Assembly (NCBI RefSeq): GCF_009914755.1
Contig: NC_060934.1
DNA length: 64,000 nucleotides
From: the human T2T-CHM13v2.0 reference genome, Homo sapiens
Strand: one strand, 5' to 3'
In this document: positions 12,453 to 31,442 of the stretch, piece after piece
Layout of the letters: each line of letters opens with the position of its first letter
Numbering within the stretch: position 1 is the first letter of the stretch
Translations under genes and position numbers: made by a program
Notes under the pieces: generated by a model
Seen by the model: only the letters and a program-made list of their open reading frames with translations
Told to the model about the DNA's origin: nothing
Database searches by the model: none

Positions 12453-13393
12453 CTTTTCACTTTCTCTATCCCAGATTTCAGAAGTAGTGATCAATAAATG
12501 GACTCATCTGGAAATTTTCCAGTTTGGGTCACCAGAGAACAGAAGCAACCTGTGTCAAAGCTTAGCTTGAATCTCAAGCTGTGCTAGAGAGGGAGCACAG
12601 AGTCTGGGCCCAGCCCTCTCTAGTGCCGGCACACCCTCCTCCTAACCCCCTCCTTCCACGTCTAGAAGAGAAGGGGTCCAAAAGAGGGCATTGACCTTCG
12701 CTCTGGTCCTGACACTCAAAGGCTGTGATGCTACTTTTGCAGAACAACCTCCATTTCCAGTATAGTTAATTATTATGCTGTCTGGGAAGGGCTGTGTTTC
12801 CCACGCTGATGGCAAAGTACACGGCTCCCCTTGCAGACCCCTCCCACTGCCTCTTGTTGGTCTGACCAGCAATCCCAGGGTCACCTCGCCTCCTCCCCAT
12901 CCCGTGACAACAGGCGTGTGCTGACCTCTTCCTGGTTGAAAAAGGAGCCATTTGCCAGGTGGTGTTAAAATTTGAGGAGCTGTTCACATGGTGTGGAATG
13001 TCTCGTCTTCTTTGTTAAATGCCTGACAATTTGCTGTGAACCAGAGGCCAGCTCCTGCAGCCACACACTCCTGGATCCTCACCCCTGCAGTCTGCTCCCG
13101 AGATGCCGCTCAGATCCCTTTCCTAAACCAGCCTGGTGCCATCCTGAGGACACTGCTTGGCCCCTTTCCAGTTTCATGTGCCAGAAATATTTGCACGGTG
13201 TAGGGGGGCTCCTACCCAGCCCTTTCCTTGTTAAATACTTGTACAAACCGCGCTCTAAGACACCGTGACCATTTTTCTTTCTGGTCTGATGGAAAAACAA
13301 AGGAAGGAGAGGAGAGAATAGTCCAAGAAAACTGGTTAATTTCTTGGAATAATTTCTCAGTCCCAGAGACATTACTGACACTTTCCTGCCCTT

Positions 13394-13790
13394 TAGGTAA
13401 GGAAGGGATGCCAGGTGAGGATGGGACTGCAGGTGCGGGTAAGGTTCCAGGTGAGGATAAGATTCCAGGTTAGGATGGAACTGCAGGTGAGGATGGGACT
13501 GAAGATGAGAATGGGACCACAGGTGAGGATGAGACTGCAGGTGTGGGTAAGACTCCAGGTGCGGGTGGGACCACAGGTGAGGATGACACTGAAAGTGAGG
13601 ATGGGACCACAGGTGAGGATGAGACTGCAGGCAAGGGTGGGACTGCAGGTTACAGTAGGACTCCAGGTAAGGATAGGACCTCAGATGAAGACAGGATTGT
13701 AGGTGGAGATAGGATTCTGGGTGAGGACAGGACCTCAAATAAGAAAAGGATTCCAGCTGAGGACAGAATTGCAGGTGTGGGTGGGGTTGC
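13394..13790. repeat. Degenerate 18-bp minisatellite (caggtgaggatgggactg), ~20 copies
   Basis: 18-bp periodicity of caggt motifs; produces the QSHPHL-repeat ORF artefact. Confidence 0.9.
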
Positions 13791-15927
13791 ATGGAAGATG
13801 GGGATTCTGTGGAGGAATGAGAGCAGATACTGTCTCTCCAGGTAAGACCAAACAGACCCTCCCAGATGACCCCAGGTATCTCAGGTTTTGGGGACTGCAG
13901 GGGACCCCTGCACAAAGGATACAGGGGCCTTTGTGTACTTCGGGGAAGGGAAGTTGCTTACTGAGGGTGTCGTCATCCTCCGTGTTTGTGATGCCAGGAC
14001 TCAGGTGCTTGAAAGGAGCGAGGAAGGTTGACAATATGCTTACTTTATCTGGAAAGAAAAGAACAGGAAATGCACTTTTGACATGGAGTTGCGGAAAAAC
14101 TCAATGCTTTTATAAGTTCTTATTACTGAATGTTGGACAAGGGAGGTGGAGAGGTCACTTTGGTTTCAGCCATTTCATTCTGGTTCAGTCTTTTATTGAA
14201 TATCTGACGGCATTTTATCAAATTCCTCTCTCCACTCAATTTAAAACTCTACGATTTCCTTCTTTCTCCTTCTCTTATTTTGGCATCCCCCTTCATCTTG
14301 CCCATGTCCCTTAAAACTTGCTATCTCCAGGGCGACAACCTTGCATCTGTTTACAAAATCCTGGGTAGGGCAGAGCCTTCTGTCGAGATCATTTCACAGA
14401 GATGGGCTAAAACAAGTAAAACAATCTCACAATTAAAAGAGAATGGTGCCAATAAAGCCAAGACTATCTTTTCCTATTAGTGCAGAATTTGCTTTCTGGG
14501 CTTGACATGCATTAAAAATAAAGGACCTGTCACTTAGCGGGTGTTTGGCAGAAGTAGAGGAGGGGAGGAGGGAGCTAGCGGTGTGGGGCAGAGCATGCAC
14601 AGTCCTCCCGGAAACGGCCAAGCGTCCTCAACGCGGTGGCTGGAATTCCAGGGACTGCCTCTGCCTGAAGCCTGTGGCCAGGTAAGCAAAGGCCAAGCAG
14701 GTCCTGCCTCCTGGGTCCCTACCACAGTGAGTGCAGCACAGCTGTGGAAATAGATCCAACCAGGAGATGCCGCTCTTCACCAATAAAGTATGCTTTTTTA
14801 CTCCCATGGTCTCAGCAATTTATTTCATCAATAGCGAGATTAAGGAATGGTGGGTTTGAGGTATGATTGAGAGAAATAAAAATGACTAATAAAGGGATCC
14901 AAAAGAAAAGCTCCTTAATTTGGAGATTTCCACCACCTAAATGAAGCCACCGCACTTGGGAGTATTGGTTCACACGGCAGAACTCACTGCACTGCAGAGG
15001 AGACGCCAACAGAGACACAGCACAGGGATCCCCTGGCTCCCAGACATCCTCCAGCCCGCACGGTTCACATGTGCCATTATGAACCTGGACCACACTGATT
15101 AAGACGCCCCAGGTGGAAATGTCAGCGTTGCTCATCCAACACGGTGCAGAGCGCGACAGAAGCATGTCCTAGCATCCCTGCTAAGTTCCAGGGCACTGGC
15201 TGTGGTATTGGCTACTTTGCTAAGTGGGATTCTTCCCTCTGTTTTGGAAGCTGTGGATATCCGCGGACGGGATTTCCCAGGAGGTCACTGAGTTTACATC
15301 ACCCTGTAACAAGGACGGCTGTCCACAGGTGCCCCACCGTGGCACTGTATACCTCCTTCAGTGTGATTTCTCAAGAAAACATGAACTGCTGGTTTCATCT
15401 GCCCTTGGCCTTCAGGCGTCCAGACTCAGCCTGAAACTGGCTCTTTTTCTTTTGAGGCTGAGCCTGTTTTCTCCTTAGCCAAGATTTCCAGAGTCCAGGA
15501 GAGTTCCCATTGAAATTCATTCGGGAGCCTGTTAACAGCTGTTGTTTCCAGTAGGGACGGGCAACAGAGAGAACAATAAATAACTCAAATATAAAATGCC
15601 TTTACCTTCTTTGTTCTACCGAACAAGAATAAACCAGGGAAGGGTTTGCTCTCCTAAACCCTTGCAGCCGAAGCTAATTTACTACCAGAGAATGAAATAT
15701 CTTGCTTGAATTATAATTTCATTAAGGGAGTCCAATAATGTTACACTAAGAGTGTGAAGCTCAAATGATTCAGTCTGGAGGATCTCAAGATGAAATTACA
15801 TTTTTAATAAAGTAGGGCTACCAGCCAAACACTCACAAAAATGCACTAAACTATTTCAGACTTTACTTTAGCAAAATTGTAAGATATTTAAGGATTGTTT
15901 TAGATCCATCAAAGTTGTTACTTTCTG

Positions 15928-16123
15928 ATGTTGTTAGATTTATCAAATAAAAATTCAGGACATCCAGTTAAAATTGAGTTTTAGATAAACAATAGACAAT
16001 TTTTTCATATATAGTCATTTCTAATATTGTGTGGGACACACACATATATATTTGTGCATATATACACACACACACACACACATATATACTTAAAAACCTT
16101 ATTCATGGTTTGTCTGAAATTCA
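15928..16123. mobile_element. MER53 palindromic DNA element, left part, with a central (CA/TA)n expansion
   Basis: gttgttagatttatcaaataaaaattcaggacatccagttaaa...ttattcatggtttgtctgaaattca matches the recalled MER53 consensus. Confidence 0.8.
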
Positions 16124-17060
16124 GTGGAAGGCAAAGGACTTCAATAGACATTTCTCCAAGGAAGATGTACTAATGTCAATAAGCACATGGAAATGTAATC
16201 AACATCACTAATCATTAGGGAAGTGCAAATCCAAACCACAATGAAATACCTCCTCACACCCATTAGGATGTTTATTAGAAAAACAAAGCAAAGCCAGAAG
16301 ATAATGTGTTGGTGAGGACATGGGGAAATGAGAGCCCTCTGGGAATGTAAAATGGGGGAACTGGCAGTTCTGCCTGCTGGCGGGTCAATGCCCAAATAAT
16401 GGAAACTCAAGGAGAGATCTGCATCCTCATATCCTCGGCAGCATCGTGCACCAGAGCCCAGAGGTGGAAGCAACTCAAGTGTCCTTCAGTGGATGAGTGG
16501 ATAAGTGAAATGCGGTACAGCCAAGCAACAGATTAGGCAGCCTTAAAAAAAGGGAAATCCTGCCATTTGCAACCAGTGTGCATGAAACTGGAGGACCTCA
16601 TCCTAAGTGAAATGTCAGGCATAGAAAGACAAATACTAGTGCATGGTCTCACTCACACGTGGAATCTAAAAAAGTTGAATTCACCGAAGCAGAGAGCAGC
16701 ATGGTGCTGCCAGGGTCCATGGGGTGAGGGGAGAAAGGAGAGAGTGAGGAGGTGTTGGTCTAGGGTACAAACTTCCAGTGATAGGATGAATGAGTTTTGG
16801 AGTCTTAATGTGCAGCATGGGGACTCTGGCTAATAACATGTATTGCCCACTTGAAATGGGATAAAAGAGTGGATTTTAAGCATCCTCATCCCCCACAATG
16901 GTAACTGTGGCTGGTGACAGATGTGTTAATTAATTTTTGGTGATCGTTACCCAATGTATATATCAATTCATCGCATTGTACACCTTGAATATATTCAACT
17001 TTTATTTGTCAAATAAACATTTTAAAATTAAAATAAATATGGAAAAAACAATGGCAAAAC
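16124..17060 (+). mobile_element. L1MA-type LINE-1 3' end inserted into MER53
   Basis: aatagacatttctccaaggaagat...gggtacaaacttccagt...cattgtacaccttgaatatattcaac followed by an A-rich tail. Confidence 0.88.
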
Positions 17061-17105
17061 AAAATCAAATGTAACTGGGCATCCTGTATTTTCTCTGACA
17101 CTCCT
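17061..17105. mobile_element. MER53 right terminus (continuation after the L1)
   Basis: aaatgtaactgggcatcctgtattttctctgacactcct is an approximate reverse complement of the left MER53 end. Confidence 0.75.
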
Positions 17106-19366
17106 AGTTATGCCTAACCAACTTCTCTTTCCACGAGTGCAGTGGACTTCAGATTTCATGGGACAGCTTGAGCAACCAAACTGAAGCAAAGGAAACAGAA
17201 GGCCAGCAGAATTGCTAACACTTATTTATTGCTAACAAGTACACCTGAAATTCCAACTATGATCTGCAATCACCGTGAAGGCACATAAGCTCTGGGAGAG
17301 AAGCAATTATTTCCAAGAAAGGGCAGACCGCATCTTTAGAGTGTTCTTAGAAAAGAGGTGAAGAATTACATTTTTAATATAGAAAAAGTACAACAGAAGT
17401 TCTTTGGCATCAGGGCCTCTCTTTGTGGTTTCCTCGGAACTCATTGTCCATTTGGGATCTGATGTATATTCTGTTAGTTCAATACGAGTGGAACTCTGAT
17501 ATTCAGCTAATTCGATTTTTTGCATGTTTCTCATTGTCATCTTTTGGAAATCTGGTTTTACTCAAGCTTCTGATGAAAAAAGGATGCCATACTTTTTTTT
17601 TTTTTTTGCCTCAATTCTGGACCTTCGGGGTGTGCCAGGAGAAGCTGCATCACAGGGCTCCCCACGCTACCGCCGCCTCCCCACCCTCTGGGTAATGCCT
17701 AGAAGAGGCGGCTGGGCTGGCCAGGTGTTACTCTAGAAACGTCAGGGGTCGGCTGGGCACTCCCCACTCCTCAGCTGCTCACATCCTGGGTTCTTGAGCT
17801 CGGGCTCCCATCATCGAATATGGACCAGCTGGAAACTGACCTGGGGGACGCAGTGGCCCGGGGCCGGCCCTGGTCTAAGAGTCAAGAGTCTTTTTCAGGA
17901 AAGGTCTGATGGCCGTTTTTAATGTACGACTTGTAAGTTCCAGGACACTTGCTTTATAAACCTTGTTACTCACTGTGGAATAAATGGCATTTACCTGAAG
18001 CAATTTTATGTATTTTAGGGGGCATCTGGGTGCACATCTGGAGGGCACAGCAGCCCTTGCCTGGAACCACGTGCAGCCATGAAGTGCAGTTGGCATCTGC
18101 AACACTGAGGTTCTGAGGTTATTGTCGGTTTTTCATATTACGACCGTTTGGGAGAATTACTACACTGTCAGGGCTGAGGGAAAGAGATACTCACTGGAAT
18201 AATTTTTAGGTATTTTCAGATTTCCTAATCATCTTGTTTAGAAACAAAATGTCCTGAGTTAATAGTTTACTTATTGTTTCTTGTTAACATCTTGGGGTGA
18301 GGATTTTCCTTGAGTATGATTAAAAAAAAAAAAGCGATGGCTTATTTTCCCTGAAAGGCACATGTGGATATGCCAGCAGTTTTTCATGCAATATCAGGAA
18401 TTCATGAGTCCCCTGAATTCATCGCCTTCCCCAGAATGCTTGATATGAATTATCAGGCTTTAAGAACATGTGGTTGAAGTATTAGGTGTTAGTGTACTTT
18501 GAAAATCAAAATAACTGCACATACTGAGGATACCTGGTTACTTGGTTATTAGTCACACTGCATAGTCACTGGGACACGTCTTAGCTTTCTTGATGTATTT
18601 ATTCTGCAAAGAATCTGAGACATTGAGAAGTTAGCGGATGTGCCCAGGACTATCTATAAGGTCCTCAGCACGTCCCAGGCTTCCAGCCTACAGTTGCCTT
18701 CCACACTGAGCAAAGGCTGCTTAAGGAGATCCTCATTTTCCTATCTTTTTCTGCCCGAGTAAAGTTTATCCTTGTAGTGGCTGCTGAATTTTCTGGATTT
18801 TTCTTCCTTGCCTTTGCCTTTGTTAAATTTTATTGAACCTTCTATGTTTCATTTATCCTATCTTTAAGATCAGAACAGCATCTTTGTTTCTCGGGCCACA
18901 AAAGGAAGAATAGTGCAATAAATAGTTTTTAATTCAAGTATGAAAAGCATTTAAATTTAGGGTCTGGTTAATATTTTGTAGAAAAATCAGATGGACTCTC
19001 CTCTCTGCAGAAGTAATCACATACGATGTGTTCATAAACAAGTTACTGGGGTTGGCTAAAAGCCCCAGGGATAGACGGTGCAGAGGAACATTCCCTCATT
19101 GTGAAGAAGGAGAGCCAGTTCTCTACGCTTCCCGGTCCAAGGACCGTGACTCAACACCATTAGCAGAGTGGGGCACAGTGAGTTTTCAGTTCTGTCTTAC
19201 CAAATTCTTTCTGATCTATTGAAACCAAAAAGGGAAATGGTAAGTGCATTATAGCCTCCTCCAAAGTGAGTCTGGAGAAGACAGGAGTGTGTGAAGTGAT
19301 CTTGAGCCCACATCACAGTCCTAGAAAGGGCAGGAAGGAAGGCTTTGCTGGCCGTGAATGGACAAG

Positions 19367-25366
<6,000 letters not shown>

Positions 25367-25749
25367 CATGACTGGACAAGAAAATAAATGATGTAAAGCA
25401 AGCCTCAAAGAATTGTTGAATCTATAAAGAAGAAAATTGAGGATGATAGATATTAAATGAAGATCTCTGCTAGGAAAGCATATCTGCTTATGCCTCTACT
25501 TATCGGACTTTGGGTTTCCGTTTTCTTTTTTATTCCCCCTATTTTATAGATGTGAAAGCTCAAATATATTAAAAAGCCTTAGACATTGCAATAAGAAAAA
25601 TTACAGTCTCAAAGACAAAGTCCTTCAGAGCCAACTTTGGATTTGCAGATCCTCTGCATCTACATAAAGTGAAGGGGGAGTAACCAGTGAGGGGCAAACA
25701 AGAGCTCCAGAAAGCTGCAAGCTGGGATCAGAACTGTGAGCCTCAGGCC

Positions 25750-26348
25750 TGAAGGAAATAATGTATACAGTGGTCCATTTCCAAGACAACGTGCCTTAAA
25801 TCGGCTTAGGTCAGCAAACTACAGAAAAAACAGGATATACTAGGCCCTTGCTTGGATAGCCAACACCTGCTTTTTGGCTCACCCCCTGCCCCCTTAGTTG
25901 CCCTCACCTGAACCAAAGAAGTTTAGTCTAAGATGAAAGTTTACTAGCCTGCGAAATAGCTCATTTTGTCTGTTCTTTTCAGCCTGCCCAGCTACTTAGG
26001 TCACAAGTCAAATACCTGAAGAGCCCCTGAGCTGACTGGGATTGCAATGCATTGTGGGTTGCAATAAAATGCAGTAAGACAACCCTAAAGAAAACACCTA
26101 AAGCTCCTGCCCAACAACCAATAGGCGATGTCTGGGAAGACTGTGACCCCCCCATAGTGCTCAGCCTATGAGGGACTGGGGGAGGGACCTGTGCACTAGG
26201 GGATAAATTGCTTGTTGAAACTGTGCTAGGTGTGCCTGCCCATCAGACACCTGATCTTGCAAGCCCATCATTAAAAGACTCACTATCGCTGTTCTCCGGG
26301 TCTCTAAGTCCATTCTTTGGGTTTGGACAAGTGAGTTTGTTTCTCACA
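25750..26348 (+). mobile_element. Solo ERV LTR (class I/ERV1-like), 599 bp
   Basis: TG...CA termini, 4-bp TSD ggcc (25746-25749 / 26349-26352), CCAAT, gataaa TATA-like box and attaaa poly(A) signal; subfamily not assigned. Confidence 0.85.
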
Positions 26349-26571
26349 GGCCCAACCACACATGCCTTGGTGGTCTCTGAGGCCTCAGTTTACCCACGAT
26401 GATTTGAGGGACTGTGAAAAGATCAATGTTTTTGGAGTCCACTTTGTGGATTGAAACTCTGTTTCATTTACAAACAGTTTATCAAACAATTTTTAGCAAG
26501 TATGATGAAAACTTAAAAACATCTTTTGGTGCGTGATGTTATGTCAGTTATCTGGAAACTTATTCATGTGA

Positions 26572-26949
<378 letters not shown>

Positions 26950-27718
26950 TGATCTAATACTCTACCTCCTAAAAAGCACTAAATATTTCATAGGATAGGC
27001 TATTAAAAATACATAAATCGAGCACTTTGAGTCTGTCCTTATTTCAAAAATTGAAAGTGAGGTTTGCACTTCTGCCTTTCCCTTTTGTGGGCCATGTCCA
27101 TTCCACATCTTGCAAAGCTCTGCACTCCTGAACAGTTACATAACCGGGATTGGGGCTGACAGTTGGAGTCCACAGAACTCTCTTGGTGCCCTCAGGCTAC
27201 AATACTTCAGCCTCTGTTACAAGTTTCCTTCTCATGTTTTCCTTTTGCCAAAACACGCTCTGACAGATGGCCTCCCTCAGGCTTGACCCACTTTCTCCAT
27301 AGCTGTATATTCGAACAGAATACAGGTATGTCTTCAAATGGTTGCACTTCTATCTAAACACAAAAGCAAATCAGTGTGGACAGGTGGAATGCCCTGAGAA
27401 GCAAGGGGATGATTAACCTCCACGCAGGCAGGAGGAGGAGTAACATTGCAGACGAAAGGCAAGGAGTTCGTCTCACAGGTTTTTAGGAGGAACATGGGTT
27501 TTACAACGCCATCTCCAAGCTCCCGTCCTATGAACAACACAGGGAGCTCAGGCAACTTTTAAAGAGATTCTGGGTCTGCACTGTGTTTTGTAAAACACGA
27601 GAAGGTTTGATTCTTTTGGTGAATGTTTCCTGGCAATTTCAGAGATGGATTCATAGGTTTGGTCCTGAAAGCGTCCAGTTAAAACGGAGGTGGCCTGCGG
27701 TGTCAGCCACATGTTCAC

Positions 27719-27835
27719 TGTCATGGGCTGAATGATATCCTACAAGAATTCATGCTGAAGTCTAACCCCCCAGTCCCTCAGAATGTGACCGTATTTGGAG
27801 AGAGTTTCTTTAAAGAGGTAATTGTGTTCAAAAAA
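27719..27835 (+). mobile_element. MLT1 (MaLR LTR, MLT1B-like) 5' fragment
   Basis: tgtcatgggctgaat...ccctcagaatgtgaccgtatttggaga...tttaaagaggtaatt. Confidence 0.75.
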
Positions 27836-28059
27836 AAACATACAACTCCTAATTTCCTTCTCAAAGTCCCCACATTTGTAGGAAGTAGTCTCTCTGTGAA
27901 AGTGGCAGTGAGCCTCTGGCAGTGACAGGAGCTCCTAGTAGCTGTGCATGTAGAAACATCACTTCCAACTCATAGGGCTCAAAGCAGGGCTAGCAACTAG
28001 TCGCACAGCCAAATTTGAGCTATTGGTGGAATGTGTCCATTTTTCATGGTTTAATTTCT

Positions 28060-28389
28060 TCTTCTCTCTGTTGGTTAAAATGTTTCTAGTATTTTTTAGT
28101 TTTAATTTTTGTGGGTACATAGTAGGTGCATCTATTTATGGGACACATGAGATGTTTTGATACAGGCGTGCAATGCATAACAATCATATCATGGAAAACG
28201 TGGTATCCATCCCCTCAAGCATTTATCCTTTGTGTTACAAATAATCCGATTATACTCAGTTATTTTAAAATGCACAATTACATTATTATTGGCTCTATTC
28301 ATCCTGTTGTGCTATCAAAAACTAGGTCTTTTTCATTCTTCCCAGTTATTTTTTGTGGGTACGCATTAGCCATCACCACCTTCCCCATC
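28060..28389 (-). mobile_element. Short 5'-truncated L1MA1/2-like 3' end with a perfect 16-bp TSD
   Basis: tttgtgggtacatagtaggtg...tccatcccctcaagcatttatcctttgtgttacaa; tcatggtttaatttct at 28044-28059 and 28390-28405. Confidence 0.88.
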
Positions 28390-29675
28390 TCATGGTTTAA
28401 TTTCTAAGGCATTTTGTTCTCTTACCAGGTAGCTTTCCTCAAAGCCAGGGCACTGGGACATTCCTGTGTCAACACTGGGACCTGTGACAGGGCACGGTTT
28501 TCACAGCGACTATGGTACTGTGCACAGTCTCAAAGACCACCCAGGCCACGCGTTATGCACCACGCTCCAGCTAACCTTGGAAAAAGCTGAAACGCCAACA
28601 CAGACACACACCAGATTGTTCTGTGTGCCCTTCCAGATGTGAGCGGTGGGCACAGATACAGGTGGTCCTTCAAATGATTGATGGGAAAAGGTGACTCCTT
28701 GCAAGAAAGTATATTTAAATTAGGAAAATAGTCTAAAGGTGTGTGTTCACACTTCACAAGGAGAAACTCACAGCTTTCCAAAGGATTAGCCAAGGCTCAG
28801 CCAAATTTGCAAAGTTCTAGACATGAGTGCTTCTCCTGGGGGTGGAGGCTGCAGAAGTTGCCTGACATCATCCTCGTCCTTTCAGGATGGTGTCCTCCGT
28901 GAACTCTGCCTTAGGGTGTAATCATTAATAGCACTTGCTCCACTCACTCGTCCCAGGTTTAGAAGAGAAAGCGCAGAGCCATCCCACGTATGAAAGAAGC
29001 TCCTTTGGGAGGCAGGTGGCCTGAAGGCAACCACACTCTAATCCCCAATCAGCTTCTGATTCCAAGGCCAAATTCCTCACGTCCTACTGGAAGCTTATCT
29101 GATTGTTCTGTAAGATTTCTGAGTCCATCTACTCAAAACTGGACAAGTATGTCCTGTGAAGATGCAGTGTGTCCTTGTTCCTCTGATCCACTTAACGCCA
29201 TCCACCCGGGGCCCAGCCTCAAGGCCCGCGGGTCACCTCTGCCTACCTGTTGCCCTCACTGCACCTGTTAAGTGCCTCAGCTTCTCTAGAGGGTCCCTCC
29301 TGGTGTTTCTCTGCTCCACAGCCTGCTCCTGCTGCTTCGGTTCTCATCTGGGCTTTGCAATAATCTCCTATTCATCATGTTCACCAATCTATTTGTTAAC
29401 TGGTTGCCAAAGTCATTTTTCTTGAGTGGATGTTGTGCAAAGGCCCAGGAGGGGAGAGGGAGTGACCTCGTGGAATTTCACGGAGGTTCGTGTGACCAGT
29501 GCTGGGGGGTCAAAGGTGGGTCACGAGCCACAGAGGAGCAAGTCAGGCCCACTGGGCTCCCTGCACTGCATGAAGTCACTGACAACCTGCCTGGGGCCTG
29601 AGGAACGTCAAAGGGTCTGAAGCCAGGGCCTGAGATGAGACTTGCATTCTGCAAAGACCTGGTAGGAGCGTCTAA

Positions 29676-30058
<383 letters not shown>

Positions 30059-31292
30059 AAGATTTTTTATTCTCCAAGCCTAATCTGTTCTTTCTGAATT
30101 CACTGCTCAGAGCTCCGGCCCGACAGCTGATGACACCGTCTTGAATCGAAGCCTAATGCACAAGTCAGGCTTTAAGCCCCATGGTGAGTGGGTGAGCCAG
30201 GGACCTTGGCCACCTCCCTCCTGTCTCCAACCTGGGACTCTCCGACGGTCCTGGGAGGAGCTCGCTGAAGGCCTCAGCTTCACAGAGGTCCTGGCAGTTC
30301 CTTGATAAGAGAATGGCAAGGTCCTTCCTGCCCTCCTCTAACTCCTCCAGCCTTGATGACCGCAGCCTCATACTTGCTGTTACTGCCCAGCCCAGGGGGC
30401 AGTGATGGGCCGCCAGGCACTTCTCCCCAGCGGGGCGTCTGCTCCCTGAGGGCCCAGGCTGCCTCCTCGGCGCCTCCAGGTTCCAGTGCAGGGGCTGTGA
30501 GACTCTTCTGAGTGCTGGACCTCCCTATAGCTGTTGTCCTCATCCCTGCGACGCAGACCATCCCGGCGTCGCAGACCATCCCTATCTGCGTCCTGGGCAG
30601 CTGCGGGAATCCAATGAGACAAGGACCGGGAGTGCAGCAGGGTGGGGGGCTGCCCTCCTGTGATGGCCAGGCTCGGCTCACTGTGTCTCATAGCGGCTGC
30701 CTTCAGCGCCCCCGGCTTCCCCAGGCCTTGCTGACGCTTGCCCTTCTGAAGCCAGTCATGACCAGCACTTTGCTTTATTTTCTACTGAGCTTCTTTGAAT
30801 CTGGAAGTGCGGCATCGTGAACCCTCCTAGCAGGGTGCCCTGTCCTCCGCTGACCGGACTGAGCCACATTGTCTGCTCTGAGTCCATGTTTCTTCAGCAC
30901 TGGTCCAAATGCGGGCCATTTCTCACCTTTTCTACGCATTAGACATTCTAGTTAACTGGAAAGCGAGCAATGATCGCGTAAGTAATTTGTTTAGAGAGCA
31001 GGTCAAAGAGTTAATAGCTGAGCTTGCAAGTCTAAATCTAATTATTTCCTCAGCACTGAGCTCCTGGCTGGTACACGGGATGGGTTTTATTATTTTGAGC
31101 CTCCCGACTCTTCTCCTCGTGCGACTCTCTCCAGCCTTGAGAGTGCTGCCGGACTGAACTTCCCATCCCTGTCCCCACCCCCTCGGTGACCCATCGCAGC
31201 TGCACGGGTGGGCGCCCACGCCTCGGCCGACGCAGCCTTCACGCCCGTCTCTGGTGAGTTTGGGCTATTTGAACAAAGGATAGAAAAGCCTG

Positions 31293-31380
31293 TCATTCAT
31301 TACTTCCATCATTCATTTGTTCAACAAAAAGTTGCCAGGCACGTGCTGTGTCCCAGGATCGAAGAATCCGGCCCTGAGCT
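31293..31380 (-). mobile_element. L2 3' fragment
   Basis: cattcatttgttcaacaaaaagttgccaggcacgtgctg. Confidence 0.45.
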
Positions 31381-31442
31381 CCTGTCCTGCTCCATTTCCT
31401 CCCTGCCATCCCCGCCTGCAGTGTCCCTGTGACGCCTACTAA

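Noticed and set aside
10445-12570. His/Thr- and Cys/Val-rich ORFs up to 346 aa
   Set aside because: Translations of CA/TG low-complexity repeats
13079-13915. 278-aa QSHPHL-repeat ORF
   Set aside because: Product of the 18-bp minisatellite
17995-18060. Possible minus-strand small exon (ttccag|...cttcag|gtaaat)
   Set aside because: Weak pyrimidine tract and no partner exons identifiable; chance splice-like motifs are common
30107-30820. Protein-looking ORFs in the GC-rich block (e.g. 30165-30371, RLEELEEGRKDLAILL)
   Set aside because: Short, overlapping on both strands, no recognisable family, and no convincing splice-site pair
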